A DNA stretch of 64,000 nt from the human T2T-CHM13v2.0 reference genome, Homo sapiens. The notes beneath the pieces were generated by a model. That model worked only from the letters and a program-made list of their open reading frames with translations. It ran no database searches and was not told where the DNA came from. The DNA is taken from the NCBI RefSeq assembly GCF_009914755.1, contig NC_060948.1. One strand, given 5' to 3'. Below are positions 1 to 14,041 of the stretch, piece after piece (the stretch's first letter is position 1; each line of letters begins with the position of its first letter). The position numbers were made by a program, and so were the translations under genes.

Positions 1-187
1 ACCTGTCACCTCACTGCTTATATTCTGGTGTGATCAGAAAGGAGCTAGTTATGAATAACAAATGACATCCTATCATTCAAAAAATTCAAGCGTTGTAGGA
101 AATCTGCCAGGACTGAGAAGGTAGGGGAGACAAAGGCCACATAAATGTTTATTATCCAAAGTCTTCCAAACGAGTAAGCTGAAATTA

Positions 188-503
188 GGCCAGGAGCAGT
201 GGCTCATGTCTGTAATCCCAGGACGTAGGGAGGCCAAGGCAGGCAGATCACTTGAGCCCAGGAGTTCGAGACCAGCCTGGGCGACACTGCTAAACCCTAT
301 CTCTATAAAAAATAGCAAGAAAGACCCCATCTCTACAAAAAATTCAAAGATATATTACCTGGGTGGCATGTGCCTGTTGTCCCAGGTACATGGGAAGCTG
401 AGGTGGGAGAACTGCGTGAGCTCAGGAAGTTGAGGCTACTGAGGTGGGATGGTACCACAGCACTCCAGCCTGGACCACAGAGTAAGACCTTGTCTCTAAA
501 AAG
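188..503 (+). mobile_element. AluJ-like SINE
   Basis: Starts GGCCAGGAGCAGTGGCTCATG; both arms are present and diverged, with a short internal duplication of the AGACCCCATCTCTA region and an A-rich end. Confidence 0.85.
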
Positions 504-505
504 AA

Positions 506-720
506 CCCCTGGGCTCAAGTGACTCTCCAAGTCTTGGCCTCTCAAGTATCTGGGACTACAGGCACACACCATCACATTCGGCTAAGTTTTATTTTTATTT
601 TTGTAGACATGGGGTCTTTCTTGATATACTTCCCAGACTGGTTTTGAGCTCCTGATCTCAAGCGATCCTTCTGCCTCCGCCTCCCAAAGTGCTGGGGACT
701 ATGCGCACCACATCTGACCT
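506..720 (-). mobile_element. AluJ fragment
   Basis: Contains the antisense Alu motifs GGGCTCAAGTGA and CTCCCAAAGTGCTGGG. Confidence 0.8.
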
Positions 721-859
721 GTATCACACTTCAAGATGCAGGATGCACTGCATCGCTGATCCCAAATGCTGTTGTGTATCCCATTAAGATACCACAGGAC
801 ATGTTGGATATGTTTACAAATATCAGGTAAGACAACTGAGTGACTTGCTACCCACAGTC

Positions 860-1163
860 TTTTTTTTTTTTTTTTTTTGAGATAAAGTCTTGCTCTGCCA
901 CAAAAGATGGAGTGCAGTGGTGCAATCTCTGCTTACTGAAACCTCCCCCTCCTGGGTTCAAGTGATTCTCCTGCCTCAGCCTCCCGAGTAGCTAGGATTA
1001 CAGGCATGTGCCACCAAGCCCAGCTAAGTTTTTTCATATTTTTAGTAGAGATGGGGTTTTGCTGTGTTGGCCAGGCTGGTCTTGAATTCCTGGCCTCAAG
1101 TGATCTGCCCACCTCGGCCTCCTAAAGCACTGGGATTACAAGGGTAAGCCACCTCGCCTGGCC
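860..1163 (-). mobile_element. AluS SINE
   Basis: A poly-T run is followed by a full antisense Alu ending CCTGGCC. Confidence 0.9.
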
Positions 1164-1275
1164 TGCAGCCTTTTTCACTTCAGGACACTGTTCCCGTGAA
1201 CTTAGCAAAGAAGGGTTTGGTAATTTAGTGATAACTTGAAACCAAAGCAGAAGATGAAACAATTATCTGGATGAT

Positions 1276-2147
1276 TGTAGGGAGACCACCTGAAACTATT
1301 GCTACAGAATAAAAGATGAAATGCTCCTGATTATTGTAAATACAAAATTACACGCAGGACTGTGTAAAGACAATGCCAGGTTGGACTGCCAGAATGACCC
1401 AACAGCGTGTGATGTGCTTCCCCTTGCAGACAACCTATAAATGGACATGCAGTCAGGGAGGTTTCATATCACCAAGGTTCCTATCCCAGAAAAGCAGATG
1501 TTCACAGCTCTGGGAATGGAATGTGACCCTTGTGGAGAGCTTATAAACGGATTCATGAAGGGCACCTGTCCATATGGATAAGATAGGGCTATAAATGTCC
1601 TCATCTTGCCACAGCTATTCTAGGCCTCTTTAGGGTTAAAGCATACTCCCTTCTGAGAATTTCTGGTCTAACTGGTTGTCTGGCTTCACGTCCTGTTTCT
1701 AAGGATTGCTGGTAACCAGCTTTTGCTGCAACTGTTACTGCTGATTAATATCTTGCTAATCACAGGTTATAGAAAGACTGTGTTTCTGTTTTAAGGCTCT
1801 GTTACAAATTACTGATGCACACATTATATTGTAAATTCTTATCTCTGTATACTGTGCTTTTGCATACAGATGTTATGTTAAAGAATTACTTCATTCCCAT
1901 GTGACCATCTCATCTCATAATCAAATGACCCTAAATCCCTCACTAACCTACCCTCGCCCTCACTAAACTTAATAATAAACGCTGGTATATCCAGTGCATT
2001 GTTGGCACCATGGGACAAGAAGGCAGTGACCCCCCTGGACTCAGCTTTCACTATCTTGTGTGTGTCTATTATTCCTTGACCTGCTGATCTGCCTGGGAAC
2101 AAAGAGAGCCCCACTGCATTGCGGGCTGCTGGTCAGATCCCGCAATA
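1276..2147 (+). mobile_element. Solo LTR, LTR13A-like (ERVK class)
   Basis: Starts TGTAGGGAGACCACCTGAAACTATTGCTAC, as recalled for LTR13A. It has a TATA-like CTATAAA, AATAAA near 1974, and a degenerate 6-bp TSD (GATGAT/AATGAC). Confidence 0.7.
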
Positions 2148-2189
2148 AATGACGATAGTAAAAATAAGAGAATCTGGGTTTAAGTTGTT

Positions 2190-2455
2190 GCAGTAGGTAT
2201 GCCCAAATTGCACAGACTCACCTTCTCACCCACACCTCCAATTCAAATGCAGCTCATTCCATAAGGAGGTCGAGGGAGAAAGTCTATTTTGCACTCCTTG
2301 AATCTCTTCTCACTCGGCGATTGCTTTTACCAACAGAATGAAGCAAAAGTGAAGCTGTGTAGCTCAAGCTTCTGCTGCCCTACTGTTCTTGGTAGCCCCA
2401 ATGACTAGTCTGCTGGATGGTGAAAGGTGCAGGGCTCAGCTGACATCCAGCCAGC
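2190..2455 (+). mobile_element. MLT1-type MaLR LTR fragment
   Basis: CCTTGAATCT...TTGCTTTTACCAACAGAATG resembles the MLT1F/G core. Confidence 0.45.
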
Positions 2456-2611
2456 CATGTATCATACAGGAAGAATGACACATTGTTACCAAGTGGGTTT
2501 TAATGCAGGAATGCATGATTGGTTTAACATTGGAAGAACAATGTAATTAACAATATTTACAAACTAAGAAATCAAAACCAAATGATAAATAAATGTAAAA
2601 AAAAAATTATA

Positions 2612-2850
2612 GGGCCAAGTATGGTGGCTCACACCTGTAATCCTAACACTTTGGGAGTCCAACGCAGGTGGATCACCTGAGGTCAGGAGTTTGAGACCAG
2701 TCTGGCTAACATGGTGAAGCCCCGTCTCTACTAAAAATACAAAAATTAGCCTGACATGGTGGTGCACACCTGTGGTCCCAGCTCCTCAGGAAGCTGAGGC
2801 AGGAGAATCAATCAAACTTGGGATGCAAATGTTGCAGTAAGCCAAGACCA
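2612..2850 (+). mobile_element. AluS, 3'-truncated
   Basis: Contains GGATCACCTGAGGTCAGGAGTTTGAGACC and the TACTAAAAATACAAAAATTAGC linker. Confidence 0.9.
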
Positions 2851-3714
2851 CGGCAAAATAAATTATAAAATTCAATGTCCATTCCTGATAAACACTTAGC
2901 AAACTTGTAATAGAAGGGAACTTCCTCAACCTCATAAAGTGCCTTTATGGAACTCTACAGCAAACATCACGGTTAATGGTAAAAAAAGTAGGCGCTTTCC
3001 AATTACCGTCAGAAATAAGCCTGTGATGTCCACTCTCATCACTTCTTTTGAACACTGTACTGCAGGTTCTAGCCCAAGAGAAATGAGATAAAAGGTATCC
3101 AAGAAAGGAAAAAGTAAAACTGACTTTGTTTATTTCTGTAGAAAATCCAACAGAATCTATAAAAAGACACCAGAATTAATAATTGAGTTTAGTATGGTTG
3201 TAGGATACAAAACCAGCATATTTACAAAGTTGGTTTCCATCCCAGTTTAAAAAAAAATCAAAAATTAGAAAAGCAAAACCATTTACAACAGTATCAAAAT
3301 ATGAAATACTTAGGGATAAATCTGAAAAAAGATGTGTGAGATTCATACACTGAAAGCTAAAGCATTGCTAAGGAAAGCACAGTCCACCTAAATCAATGGA
3401 AGGATAAGCTGTGTTCATGAGTCAGAAGGCTCAAATTCACCAAAATGTCACTTCCTTCCAAATTAATCCACAAAGTCACTGCAATCCCAATTAAAATCCC
3501 AGCAGGCTTTTAAGTGAAAACTGACAAATTGATTCTAAAATTCATACAGAAATGTGAAAGACCTAAGATAACCAAAACATGTTTGAAAAAGGAAAAAAGT
3601 TGAAGGACTAATATTCTTTTGACTTAAAGGTTTATTAAAGCTACAGTAATCATGATGGTGTGTTTCTGGTGTAGTAACAGATAAATAAATTAAAGGAACA
3701 AAATGATGTCCAGG

Positions 3715-4033
3715 GGCCCAATGCAGTGGCTCACACTTGTAATCCCAGCACTTTGGGAAGCCAAGGGAGGAGGACTGCTTGAACTCAGGAGTTTGAGACC
3801 AGCCTGGGCAGCACAGCAAGACCCCATCTCTACAAAAAATTCAAAAAAGAATAAAGTAGTCGAGCATGGTGGGGCACGGTGGTGCATGCCTGTAGTCCTA
3901 GCTACTTGGGAGGCTGAGGCGGGAGGATCGATTGAGCCCAGGAGTTTGAGGCTTCAGTGAGCTATGATCATGGCACTGAGCTCCAGCCTGGGAGACTGAG
4001 TGAGACCCCATCTCTTAAAAAAGAAAAAAAAAA
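3715..4033 (+). mobile_element. AluJ
   Basis: Full Alu with J-type GAGCCCAGGAGTTTGAGGC and a poly-A tail; TSD-like ATGTCCAG/TTGTCCAG. Confidence 0.9.
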
Positions 4034-4399
4034 TTGTCCAGAAAGAGACACTCCCATATATTGACAATGGATTTTTTGACAAGGATACAAGGCAACACAG
4101 GGAAGAATGGATTCCATTTATATGAAGTTCTAGAAAATGTGAAGTACCCTAAAGGGACAGAAACCAAATTGGGATGGGAGAGGGCAATTTTGAAGGGGTC
4201 CTAGGAAGCTTTGGTAGGGATAGATGCATTCATTGTCTTTATCTATAATGTATTCATACCCAAAATTTGTCAAAGTGTATACTTTAATTAAACTACAGTT
4301 TATTACATGTCAATAATATCTGAATAAAGTTGTTGGAGGAAAAAGCAGCAGTTGCCAGGCTTCAAATGCCAAGCGAAACAGGAAGGAAGAAATAAAATT

Positions 4400-4575
4400 A
4401 TTATTTAGGGCTTACATGTGCCACTCTGGCAGTTACTTTAATAGTCATTAGCTCATTTAATCCCTCGCAAAAGGCCGTGAGAGGAGATATAATCCCAATT
4501 CTTAGAAGAAAACCAAAAGCAAGGAAAAATAAAGTAACTTACTCATGGTCATAGCTTATCACTAAGATTCAAAAC
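4400..4575 (-). mobile_element. MIR
   Basis: CTCATTTAATCC...AAGTAACTTACTCATGGTCA matches the antisense MIR core. Confidence 0.6.
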
Positions 4576-4898
4576 CTTTCTACAAATCCTGCCCTATAGA
4601 AAAAGGGTTGAAATGTGATCCATTATGTGACAGGCACACAAGGGGAAACACATACCCCAGATAACAGTGAGGTAAGCTTATCCAAGTCCAGGTCAATGTG
4701 GATCGGTCTGAGGAGAGAGGCGTGAGTGACCACACTGAGGAGAGGCAGCCATGGGTGTTTTGTACACAGACTAAATGTATGTAGGGAATATTGGTTAACA
4801 TGATAGACTTAGATGGGGAAAAAAAATTCTCTAAGAAATCTCATGAAAGCATAGGCACCAAAGCCTTCCATTCTACATCCTCAATCTAAAAGCATGAC

Positions 4899-5045
4899 TG
4901 CGGTTGCGTGCAGTGGCTCCTTCTTGCAATCCCAGCACTCTGGGAGGGCTAGGTGGGAGGATCATTTGAGCTCAGAAGCTGGAGTCCAGCCTGTGCTGGA
5001 CAGTCAGACACCATCTTTATTTTAAAAATAAAACATAAAAATAAA
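4899..5045 (+). mobile_element. FLAM/Alu left monomer
   Basis: A single Alu arm with an A-rich tail. Confidence 0.75.
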
Positions 5046-5288
5046 GCACTATTGAACCTCCAAACTAGGTACTATCTGGAAATTCTAACAATTTCCCAAT
5101 CACACCGTTTGAGAAGCTGTGTGCAAAACCTAAAAGCCTGCTGCCCTCAAGTCCTGTGTGGTGTGGTGCTCTCATCTCCCTCAAGAATTCACAAAACAGT
5201 AAGAACTCACCAAGTTACCTGCAGTTCTGAAGGAGTTAACAGGAAGTGATTTTTGTTAGAGACTGCTGTAAGAAAAAGCTTCAGGTAA

Positions 5289-6169
<881 letters not shown>

Positions 6170-8336
6170 ACTCACATGCAACTCCTCACAACAAAGAAGA
6201 AACAGGAAAACATTCATCTAGCAATGTGTCTTAGGTCCTTACTCCAATTACAAGACCATGAACATCATGAGCGATGGCTACCACCTACACATGCAGCCCT
6301 GCCAAACACCACATGCTCATTTTATCTCCAGACAAATCTCGTCTCATAAAATGGGAAGCTGTCATACCCTCGGATCTCCTCCAGCGCTAATACTCAGGTG
6401 ACTACTTGGTAAAGGTGCTCTTCATTGAGCAGGAGAAACCATCAGGATTAGGGGCAGAAATGTAACATAGCAGCACATCTTAGGGTTCAGAGTCTGAGAG
6501 CAATTTCCTATCCTTCTTCTGAGACTGAAGCTCCTGTCAACACTGCCCAATAAACACTCACAGTACACAGCTAAGGATGGAAGCCAGAAGAGTAAGAGGC
6601 AAACAGGGATGCTAAGTTTGCACCCTCCTGTTCCAACCTGAGTATCATCTGTGTTTTTGTGTTTGTATGGATCTGGGGGAATGGTACCAAGATCTCTAAG
6701 GTGCAATATTAGAAGATCTGAACATTTACTAAGGGGAAGGGAAAGGGAGAAAGAAAACGATCTGACTCAACAATAAACCTAGGAATGAAAATAAGGAGGC
6801 TCACTGGCATTTGAAACAAAGCAGTAGCAAGGCCGGGCAGAAGCAGCCATGGCGGCACAATCAGGGACTAGCGTCACACGCACATCACACCCTTCTGATC
6901 CATTATATTTATTTCCTTTTTTTTTTTTTGAGATGATGTCTTCTTCTGTCCCCTACGCTGGAGGGCAATGGCACAATCATGGGTCACCACAACTTCAACC
7001 TCCCATTCCACTGCGCCCAGCTTGTTCCATTTTAATCAAAAAATTAAAGAAAGAAAGAAAGAAAGAAAAAAACAATGGGTTAATGAGAGGAGCACTAATA
7101 AACTGAAATTGTGTTTATCACTTTCGGGAATAGTTCCTAACATTGCTGTTAGGTCACAGAGGATCTGGGCATAGCAAATGTGGCCCAGCTGCCTCGTCAG
7201 CAGCACACACAGGGCAGAGACCAGAGAAACACTCTCATTACCTTCAATGACCCATTTTTTACAGCCAGGGTCCAAGAAACAGAAATGCACATACAAGCTA
7301 TGACCCTAATAAAGACTCAGACTCAACACTGAAAAAGAAGGAAAACCAAATTGGAGTTGGTTTTTCTTTTAATGCCCTTCAAATCTATAAATAGGATGTC
7401 TATTGTGTGGACATCCCAATCCACATAATTCTTAGGAAAAAAAAGTTCCCTCTGTGGTTAAGCAACCTGATGTCTCCATACCACACCTGAACATTCTCCC
7501 TCATCCCACCTGTTAATTCACAATGTTCCAAAGAGAATGGATCTCAGGATCTCAAAGACCCACTGCCCCCAAGAAGCAACCTGGACATTCCACTGACATA
7601 AGCAATTGAGCATCATCACATGAATGTGTCTTTTTCATCCCCCAACAGTCACCCCCCAGTGCGAAGCTATCTCTGGAGGCCATCTTCTCTCCTCCAGCAG
7701 CTGGCTGTGCGCAGTTCTCCTGCACAGGTATCACCTGCACCACTGAAGCAGCCAGCAGCTTCTTCTTTTGACATTTCTCATCAGGGCTTTACATGCAAAT
7801 TCCTTACTCCCATGACTAACATCAAAGAACCACACCTTAACAGAATGAAACTTTGATTATTCCTAAATTTCTCAAGGATGAGGTAATCTGGAAGTTAAAC
7901 ATTCTTGCACTGAGTTGTCCTCACTTGGGATGGCCTTCTAGGCCTGTCACTTGTTCGAGTACGTAAATAATGACCCAACACTTTTCTTTTCTTTTTTTTT
8001 TTTTTTTTTTTTTGAGACCGTCTCACTCTGTCACTAGAGTACAGTGTCATCATCTCAGCTCACTGCAACTTCAACTTTTGGGGCTCAAGACCCCACACCT
8101 TTGGTAAATCTGTGAGCAGTGGTTCTCCTGTTTACAGGGGCAGCAGTCCCATCAGTAGTAACTCCTGCTACGCCACCCCCCCGCATCCCCCCTCAGGACA
8201 GCCCAAAACAGTCCCTGAAGATTCAGGTGACAGATAACTGACTCCAAGAGTGCAGCATCACTAGAAAAACATTACTTACAAGGAAGGTTTGCCCCCTAGA
8301 TAAAACAAACGTGACCTGATATAAAAAATATCTTAA

Positions 8337-8465
8337 GGCCAGGAGCAGTGGCTCACACCTGTAATCCCAACAGTTTGGGAGACCAAGGTAGGAAGACAGC
8401 TTGAGCACAGGAGTTTCAGACCAGCTTGGACAAAATAGCAAGACCCCATCTCTATAAATAAAAAG
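8337..8465 (+). mobile_element. FLAM/Alu left monomer
   Basis: Single arm starting GGCCAGGAGCAGTGGCTCACACC. Confidence 0.8.
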
Positions 8466-8730
8466 AGGAGACTCTGATAATAAAAAAGGCGGCAAGATTA
8501 TTAAACCTGACAGCCCAGGAGGGGTTGATTTCAGCCCCAGCTATGAACACTTTGAAACTAAATAGCCTTTCTTAGCCCATTAATCTTAAATTATTTATAT
8601 GAAACCTGATTCACTGAAAGCAGAGCCCTCAAAAGCATCCTTGTGAGGAGATTATACAGCAAATAAAAACAAATGAACCCCTGGATGACAAAGAAACAAC
8701 AAGCCATTTTTAGGATAGGTAAGGAGAGGT

Positions 8731-9038
8731 GGCCAGGCGTAGTGGCTAACACTGTACTCCCAACCCTCTGGGAGGCAGTAGGGAGGATTGCTTAGCCCAG
8801 GATTTTGAGACCAGCCTGGGTAACATAGTGAGACCCCAGCTCTACAAAAAAACAAACAAAGACACAAGTTGCCTGGTGTGGTGGCACACACCTGTGGTCC
8901 GAGCTACTCAGGTGCCTGAGGAAGGACGATTTCCCCAGCCTGGGAGGTCAAGGTTGCAGTGAGCCACGATCGTGCCAGTGTACTCCAGCCTGGGCGACAT
9001 GGCAAGACACTGTCTCAGAAAAAATAAATAAATAAAAT
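8731..9038 (+). mobile_element. AluJ
   Basis: Full Alu with an (AAAT)n tail and TSD AAGGAGAGG. Confidence 0.9.
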
Positions 9039-10605
9039 GAAGGAGAGGCCTAGCTGACCTGTCTGATGTCAGGCCCTGAGAGATACTTTCAATGAGCCCT
9101 TGGCTCCTACTGGCACAATAATCAGTGAGCTAGAGAAACACCAGAGTAAAGGTCACCCAGGCCCTCCTGGATCTCGATAGCAAATCCAGTGCAGTCTAAC
9201 ACTCAAAAAGGAAACCGTGACTGGAGCAGCACTGTGGCAATGCCACAATTGTAAAACAAATTATCTCCCTCAAGATAACACCTGAAAAAGTAAAATGTTC
9301 CCATATGAGGGAAGGGCTAGTTAAGAAAAGGACTCAGCATAACTGTGGAGGGCTTATGTAAAAATAAACACAAAGAAAGTTTGCCACACAGGGCCCTTCT
9401 GTACCCGGAAGCAACTCCCTTTACGTGCACCTGGACCTGAGCACACTGCAGGGCAATGAGCCATCCAAAACATTTACTTCTGGTCTCCATTCATCTCTGT
9501 ATCTGCAGTTAAGCCAAAGCGTAATTTAGGGCACTGATAGAAACACTGCCACTGGAGACAGCCATCCAATGGAAGGCTCCCTAACAGGGGCCCAGTGCTG
9601 CTGCCCCACACGCAGACCACAGAGGCTCACATCCAGAATGAAGACTGCATACTACCCACTTGAGACAACTCTCCAACACTCACATTTGTTCATAAGCTTG
9701 GCACAAGTTTAACACATTAAATGTTTATTGTATAAAATATTAAGTATTTTCTGTCAGGTATTACTGCCTTCTCAGACCATAAGCCTTTGTAAAAATCAGA
9801 ACTTTTCAGACTTCCAAACAAAGTTTCAACCTAATATTAACTAGGTATCTATTAATATGCACATAGAAGTATTAGGAGATATAAAACAAAAACAAGTCCA
9901 AGGTGAGCCTAGCCATGCATTTGGGCAAACAGAATCCATATTCTTCCTTCTATACTGCTTCTACCAGCAGGCTTCTACCTTCAAAATCTCTAATCCCCTT
10001 CTATTTTGACCCAAAACTACTATCTTGGCCCACACTTTATTGTCTTGACAAAAATCTATGAGAGCAAATACCAGTCTGTCTTAGACAATAGAGCTATTTA
10101 GGAAACACATCTGTTGAGCTGATCAGAGCCAGCAGCTACACAACTGACTAACACAAGGCTCACTCCTGAGCTCTGCCCATCACACTTCCCCACATAACCA
10201 TTTCCTTTCCTGAACCAAGATGCCCACTTCTCCCTCCAGAATGTATGCAAATGACACCAGTGACATCCACATCTGTCAAATGTTTCCAGGGCAGAGAATG
10301 GAGTGTGACATACAGTAGGCACAAAATAAACACCACCTAGCTTCTGCTCCACTGCCCTGTTCCCCATTCCTGCTTTATTTTCTGTCTCCTTTCCTCTATC
10401 CTTTCAAGAGCCACTCCCCTAACTAAAGTTTTCCCAATTCCCTCCACTGGGAATCAATTCATTTTCTCTTTTTCCAAGTTTTTTTTTTTTGTGAATACCT
10501 GTTAACAAACACCACTAAGTCTTCACAACTTGCTTACTCAGTCTGCTTTCCAAGTCCCCTCCCTGTTTCAAGTTTCTCCAGATTCTCTTGTAAGGATCTT
10601 CTTAA

Positions 10606-10856
10606 GGTTGGACATGATGCCTCATGTCTGTAATCCCAGCACTTTGGGATGCTGAGGAGGGAGGTTCACTAGCAGTCAGGAGTTCAAAACCAGCCTAAGA
10701 AACATACGAAGACCCCCATCTCTATAAAACATATTTTAAATTAGCCTGGTGTGGTGGCACCTGCCTGTAGGCCTAACCACTTGGGAGGCTAAGACAGGAC
10801 AATCACTTGAGCCCAGGATCTCAGGGCTGCAGTGACCCATGATCATGCCACTGCAG
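10606..10856 (+). mobile_element. AluJ, truncated at CCACTGCA
   Basis: The Alu body stops at CCACTGCA; a poly-A run only appears at 11118-11139. Confidence 0.85.
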
Positions 10857-11117
10857 ACAATTTTTACTTCTATAGAAGGATGCAAGTTGCAGATGGAGTA
10901 ATGGTGACAGCACACCTGGATGAGGGAGGGGAAGCAGTTTTTATTCCTGATACAGGTAGCCCCTACTGCTGTGTAATGCCCTATTGGCTAGGGTGGGACT
11001 GCACATAGTCTAAGCTAATTCCGATTGGCTATTTTAAAGAGAGCAGGGGTATGAGCCGGAGTGGCAGGCTGGGTAGTTTAGTGGGAAGGGTGGTTACAGA
11101 ATAGGTGACTCAGAATG
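10857..11117 (-). mobile_element. ERV1-type LTR fragment
   Basis: Antisense polyA-signal-like TTTTTATT and two ATTGG CCAAT boxes; layout resembles the LTR at 5350-6169. Confidence 0.55.
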
Positions 11118-11499
11118 AAAAAAATAAAAAAAAAAAAAAGCACATCTTCCATTAAATCTCCCAGGTCACAGAGCCCTTCTCACCTATGATATATTATATC
11201 CTTTTTCACAGGAACCAGTACTTACTTCAAGTTTTAGTCAACTGAATGCATCTTTCTCCCAGTCAAAGCAGGGCCTGGGTCTGCACCATCTTTGTGTTTC
11301 CTAAAACACATCAGAAAAAGCTAAGTTTGTCTAGTTTTAGAAGTCTTCCATAAAACATGTAACTCATTCAAGTTGAAAAAAGACACAAAGCTGTTCTCCC
11401 ACAATGGAGTGCATCCCATTGGGAAGAGCAGACAGGTAAGCTAGAAGTCAGCCACACAGTGTTTTACAATGGTGCCAAATGTGTGAATGGTCACAAAGA

Positions 11500-11662
11500 C
11501 ATAAAAAATAAGCACTGCCCTCATCAAAACTGCCAAAGTCATGAAAAACAAGGAAACACTGAGAAATAGTTACATACAAGAGACTAAGTAGACATGACAA
11601 CTAAAGGCAACGTGGGATCCTGGATGGGATCCTGGGACAGCAAGGGAACATTATTGGAAAAA
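11500..11662 (+). mobile_element. L1M (MC/MD/ME) 3' UTR fragment
   Basis: Contains GACATGACAACTAAAGGCAACGTGGGATCCTGGATGGGATCCTGG. Confidence 0.7.
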
Positions 11663-11834
11663 TCTCCAGCTTGCTCAGTAGTCCCCCAACAATGCCACAC
11701 TACTCTGGCCACATGGACTCTGGTGAACCAACTCAAAGCACTGCAGCCAGGTGCACGACCCTGCTCCAATCATACATGTGATGACAGGGTCCCAGTGTGG
11801 GAAGGAGAAGAATGTCCCAGTGGGTCCGTGTCCT

Positions 11835-12412
11835 TTCTCTGAAACCTGTGAATATCTTAGGTTGCATGGAAAAGGAAATTAAGGTTACTAATCAGCAGAG
11901 AGGGAGATGATCCTGCATTGTTCAGATGGGCCCAATGTAATCACAAGTCAAGACTAAGATTCCACTTGTAATCACAAGAGGAAGAGGGGCCAGGCACAGT
12001 GGTTCCATGCCTGTAATTCCAGCACCATCGGGGGGCTGAGGCAGAGGGACTGATTGAGACCAGGAGGCCAAGGCTGCAGTGAGCCTTGATTGTGCCACTG
12101 CACTTCAGCCTGGGCAACACAGCCAAGAACCTGTTTCCAAAAAAAAGGGGACCAGGGCAGCAGAAGAGTCAGAGAGATGCCATGAGGCTGGCTTTGAAGA
12201 TTGCAGCACTACAGGCCACAGAAAGCAGGCAGCGTCTGGAACATGGAAAAGGAAAGAAAGAGATTCCCCACTGGAGCCTCCAGAAGGAACCAGCCCTACC
12301 CACACCTTAATTTTAGCCCAGGCAGATCACATTAGGCTTCTAATCAGCAGAACTATAAAACAATACATCTAAGTGTATGGCGGTTTGTTACAGCATCACC
12401 AGAAAACCAACA
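11835..12412 (+). mobile_element. MLT1D-like LTR with an Alu monomer at about 11987-12147
   Basis: Contains GAAACCTGTGAATAT, GGGCCCAATGTAATCACAAG and GGAGCCTCCAGAAGGAACCAGCCCT. Confidence 0.75.
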
Positions 12413-13651
12413 CAGGCAGCACTGATAAAAGTGCCAGTGCTTCTCCAACGGCTGGGAGCTGTTTCCCTTCTACCTTCCGTATCTCCCACGTCACTGCTGC
12501 TTACACACCCTCCATCTGCCTTCGTCTCATCCCCCTGAACCAATGTATTTATGGACTTAGAAGAAAGCTATTAAGGAAAAGGAGAAGGTGTAGGTTAAAT
12601 TCTAAGAGATATTTTCTCCTCAACTCCCGAAAACTTCACTGTGCCATTAGCCTCAACTTAAATGTCCCTCTTTACAAAAGTAATACAAAGTTTCAGCATC
12701 ATCTTTTTAAAAAAGCCAGTCATCTGATAAGAACCCAAGTTTAGTAGAATCAGATCTAATCACTTTGCCAAAGAAACATAAAATTTGAATGTAAATTTCA
12801 CTAAGGTTACATCTGTTTAGCATTATCTAAACTATTAAGTGAAAGTACATAGCACTTTTCTGAGTTTCATACTAAAAGATAAAGGATACAATTCAAATAT
12901 ACCTCTCTTATGTTAGGGGAAAAAATACCTATAAGAAAATGTTCTGATTGTTAGCATATTAATATATTATGCTCTAAAGAACTTCAAATTTCAGATAGAC
13001 TATTCTCAAGGTAACAAAAAATATCTATGTATGTAATTTAAATAAATAACCAGCCAAACATACAATTCTAGTAAAGAAATATGCACAAAGTCTAAAAATT
13101 CCTTCAAATTAGAATCAACTGTGGGGTTGTGGAATACTAATACAAGTTCTCAAGACATTATTCAGCCTCCTAAAAGCTGGATTTTTTTCTTTGTCACCAC
13201 CTAAAAAGGCAAGGTTTATTCAGTGCTCTGCACATCCTTTAATTAGCCAGACATCTTGGTAATAATAACTTTTTAAAAGTTAAGCCTTTCAAGAGTGGTG
13301 CTTTGGGGTTTTTTGTTTGTTTTACTTTTATTTCTTGTTTTGTATCTGTAAAACCACATTTAGAAACATGGTAGAATACTAACAAAGCTTGATATCTTAA
13401 GAGTAAAATACAGTCCCTCACTGCTTCTTACTCTCTCCTATTTTAGGTAAGTTTAAACAATATAGCCATAACAATCTTAAGTTTACATCATCATCCAGAA
13501 TTAAATCAAAATCTTCTTTGATTGTGCCAGTGTGAAAGCAGGACATAAGCTAATCCCAACTCTGGTAAAACCTCAGGAATCAAGCACCCTACACAATCTT
13601 CCCATTGCTTAGAATGACTGCATTCATTATTTCAGGACATTAGCAACCTAA

Positions 13652-14041
<390 letters not shown>

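Larger units (their letters stand above)
2460..4335 (+). mobile_element. Ancient L1M fragment (ORF2 and 3' UTR), interrupted by Alus
   Basis: Degenerate ORF2 motifs are present (ACCAAGTGGGTTT, AAAATTCAA...TTCCTGATAAA, GAAGGGAACTTCCTCAACCT, GCAATCCCAATTAAAATCCCAGC), ending with AATAAAG. Confidence 0.8.

Noticed and set aside
6422-7856. Short ORFs and donor-like sites in unique sequence at 6.4-7.9 kb
   Set aside because: No matching strong acceptors or recognisable protein similarity. They could be lncRNA exons but cannot be supported from sequence alone.
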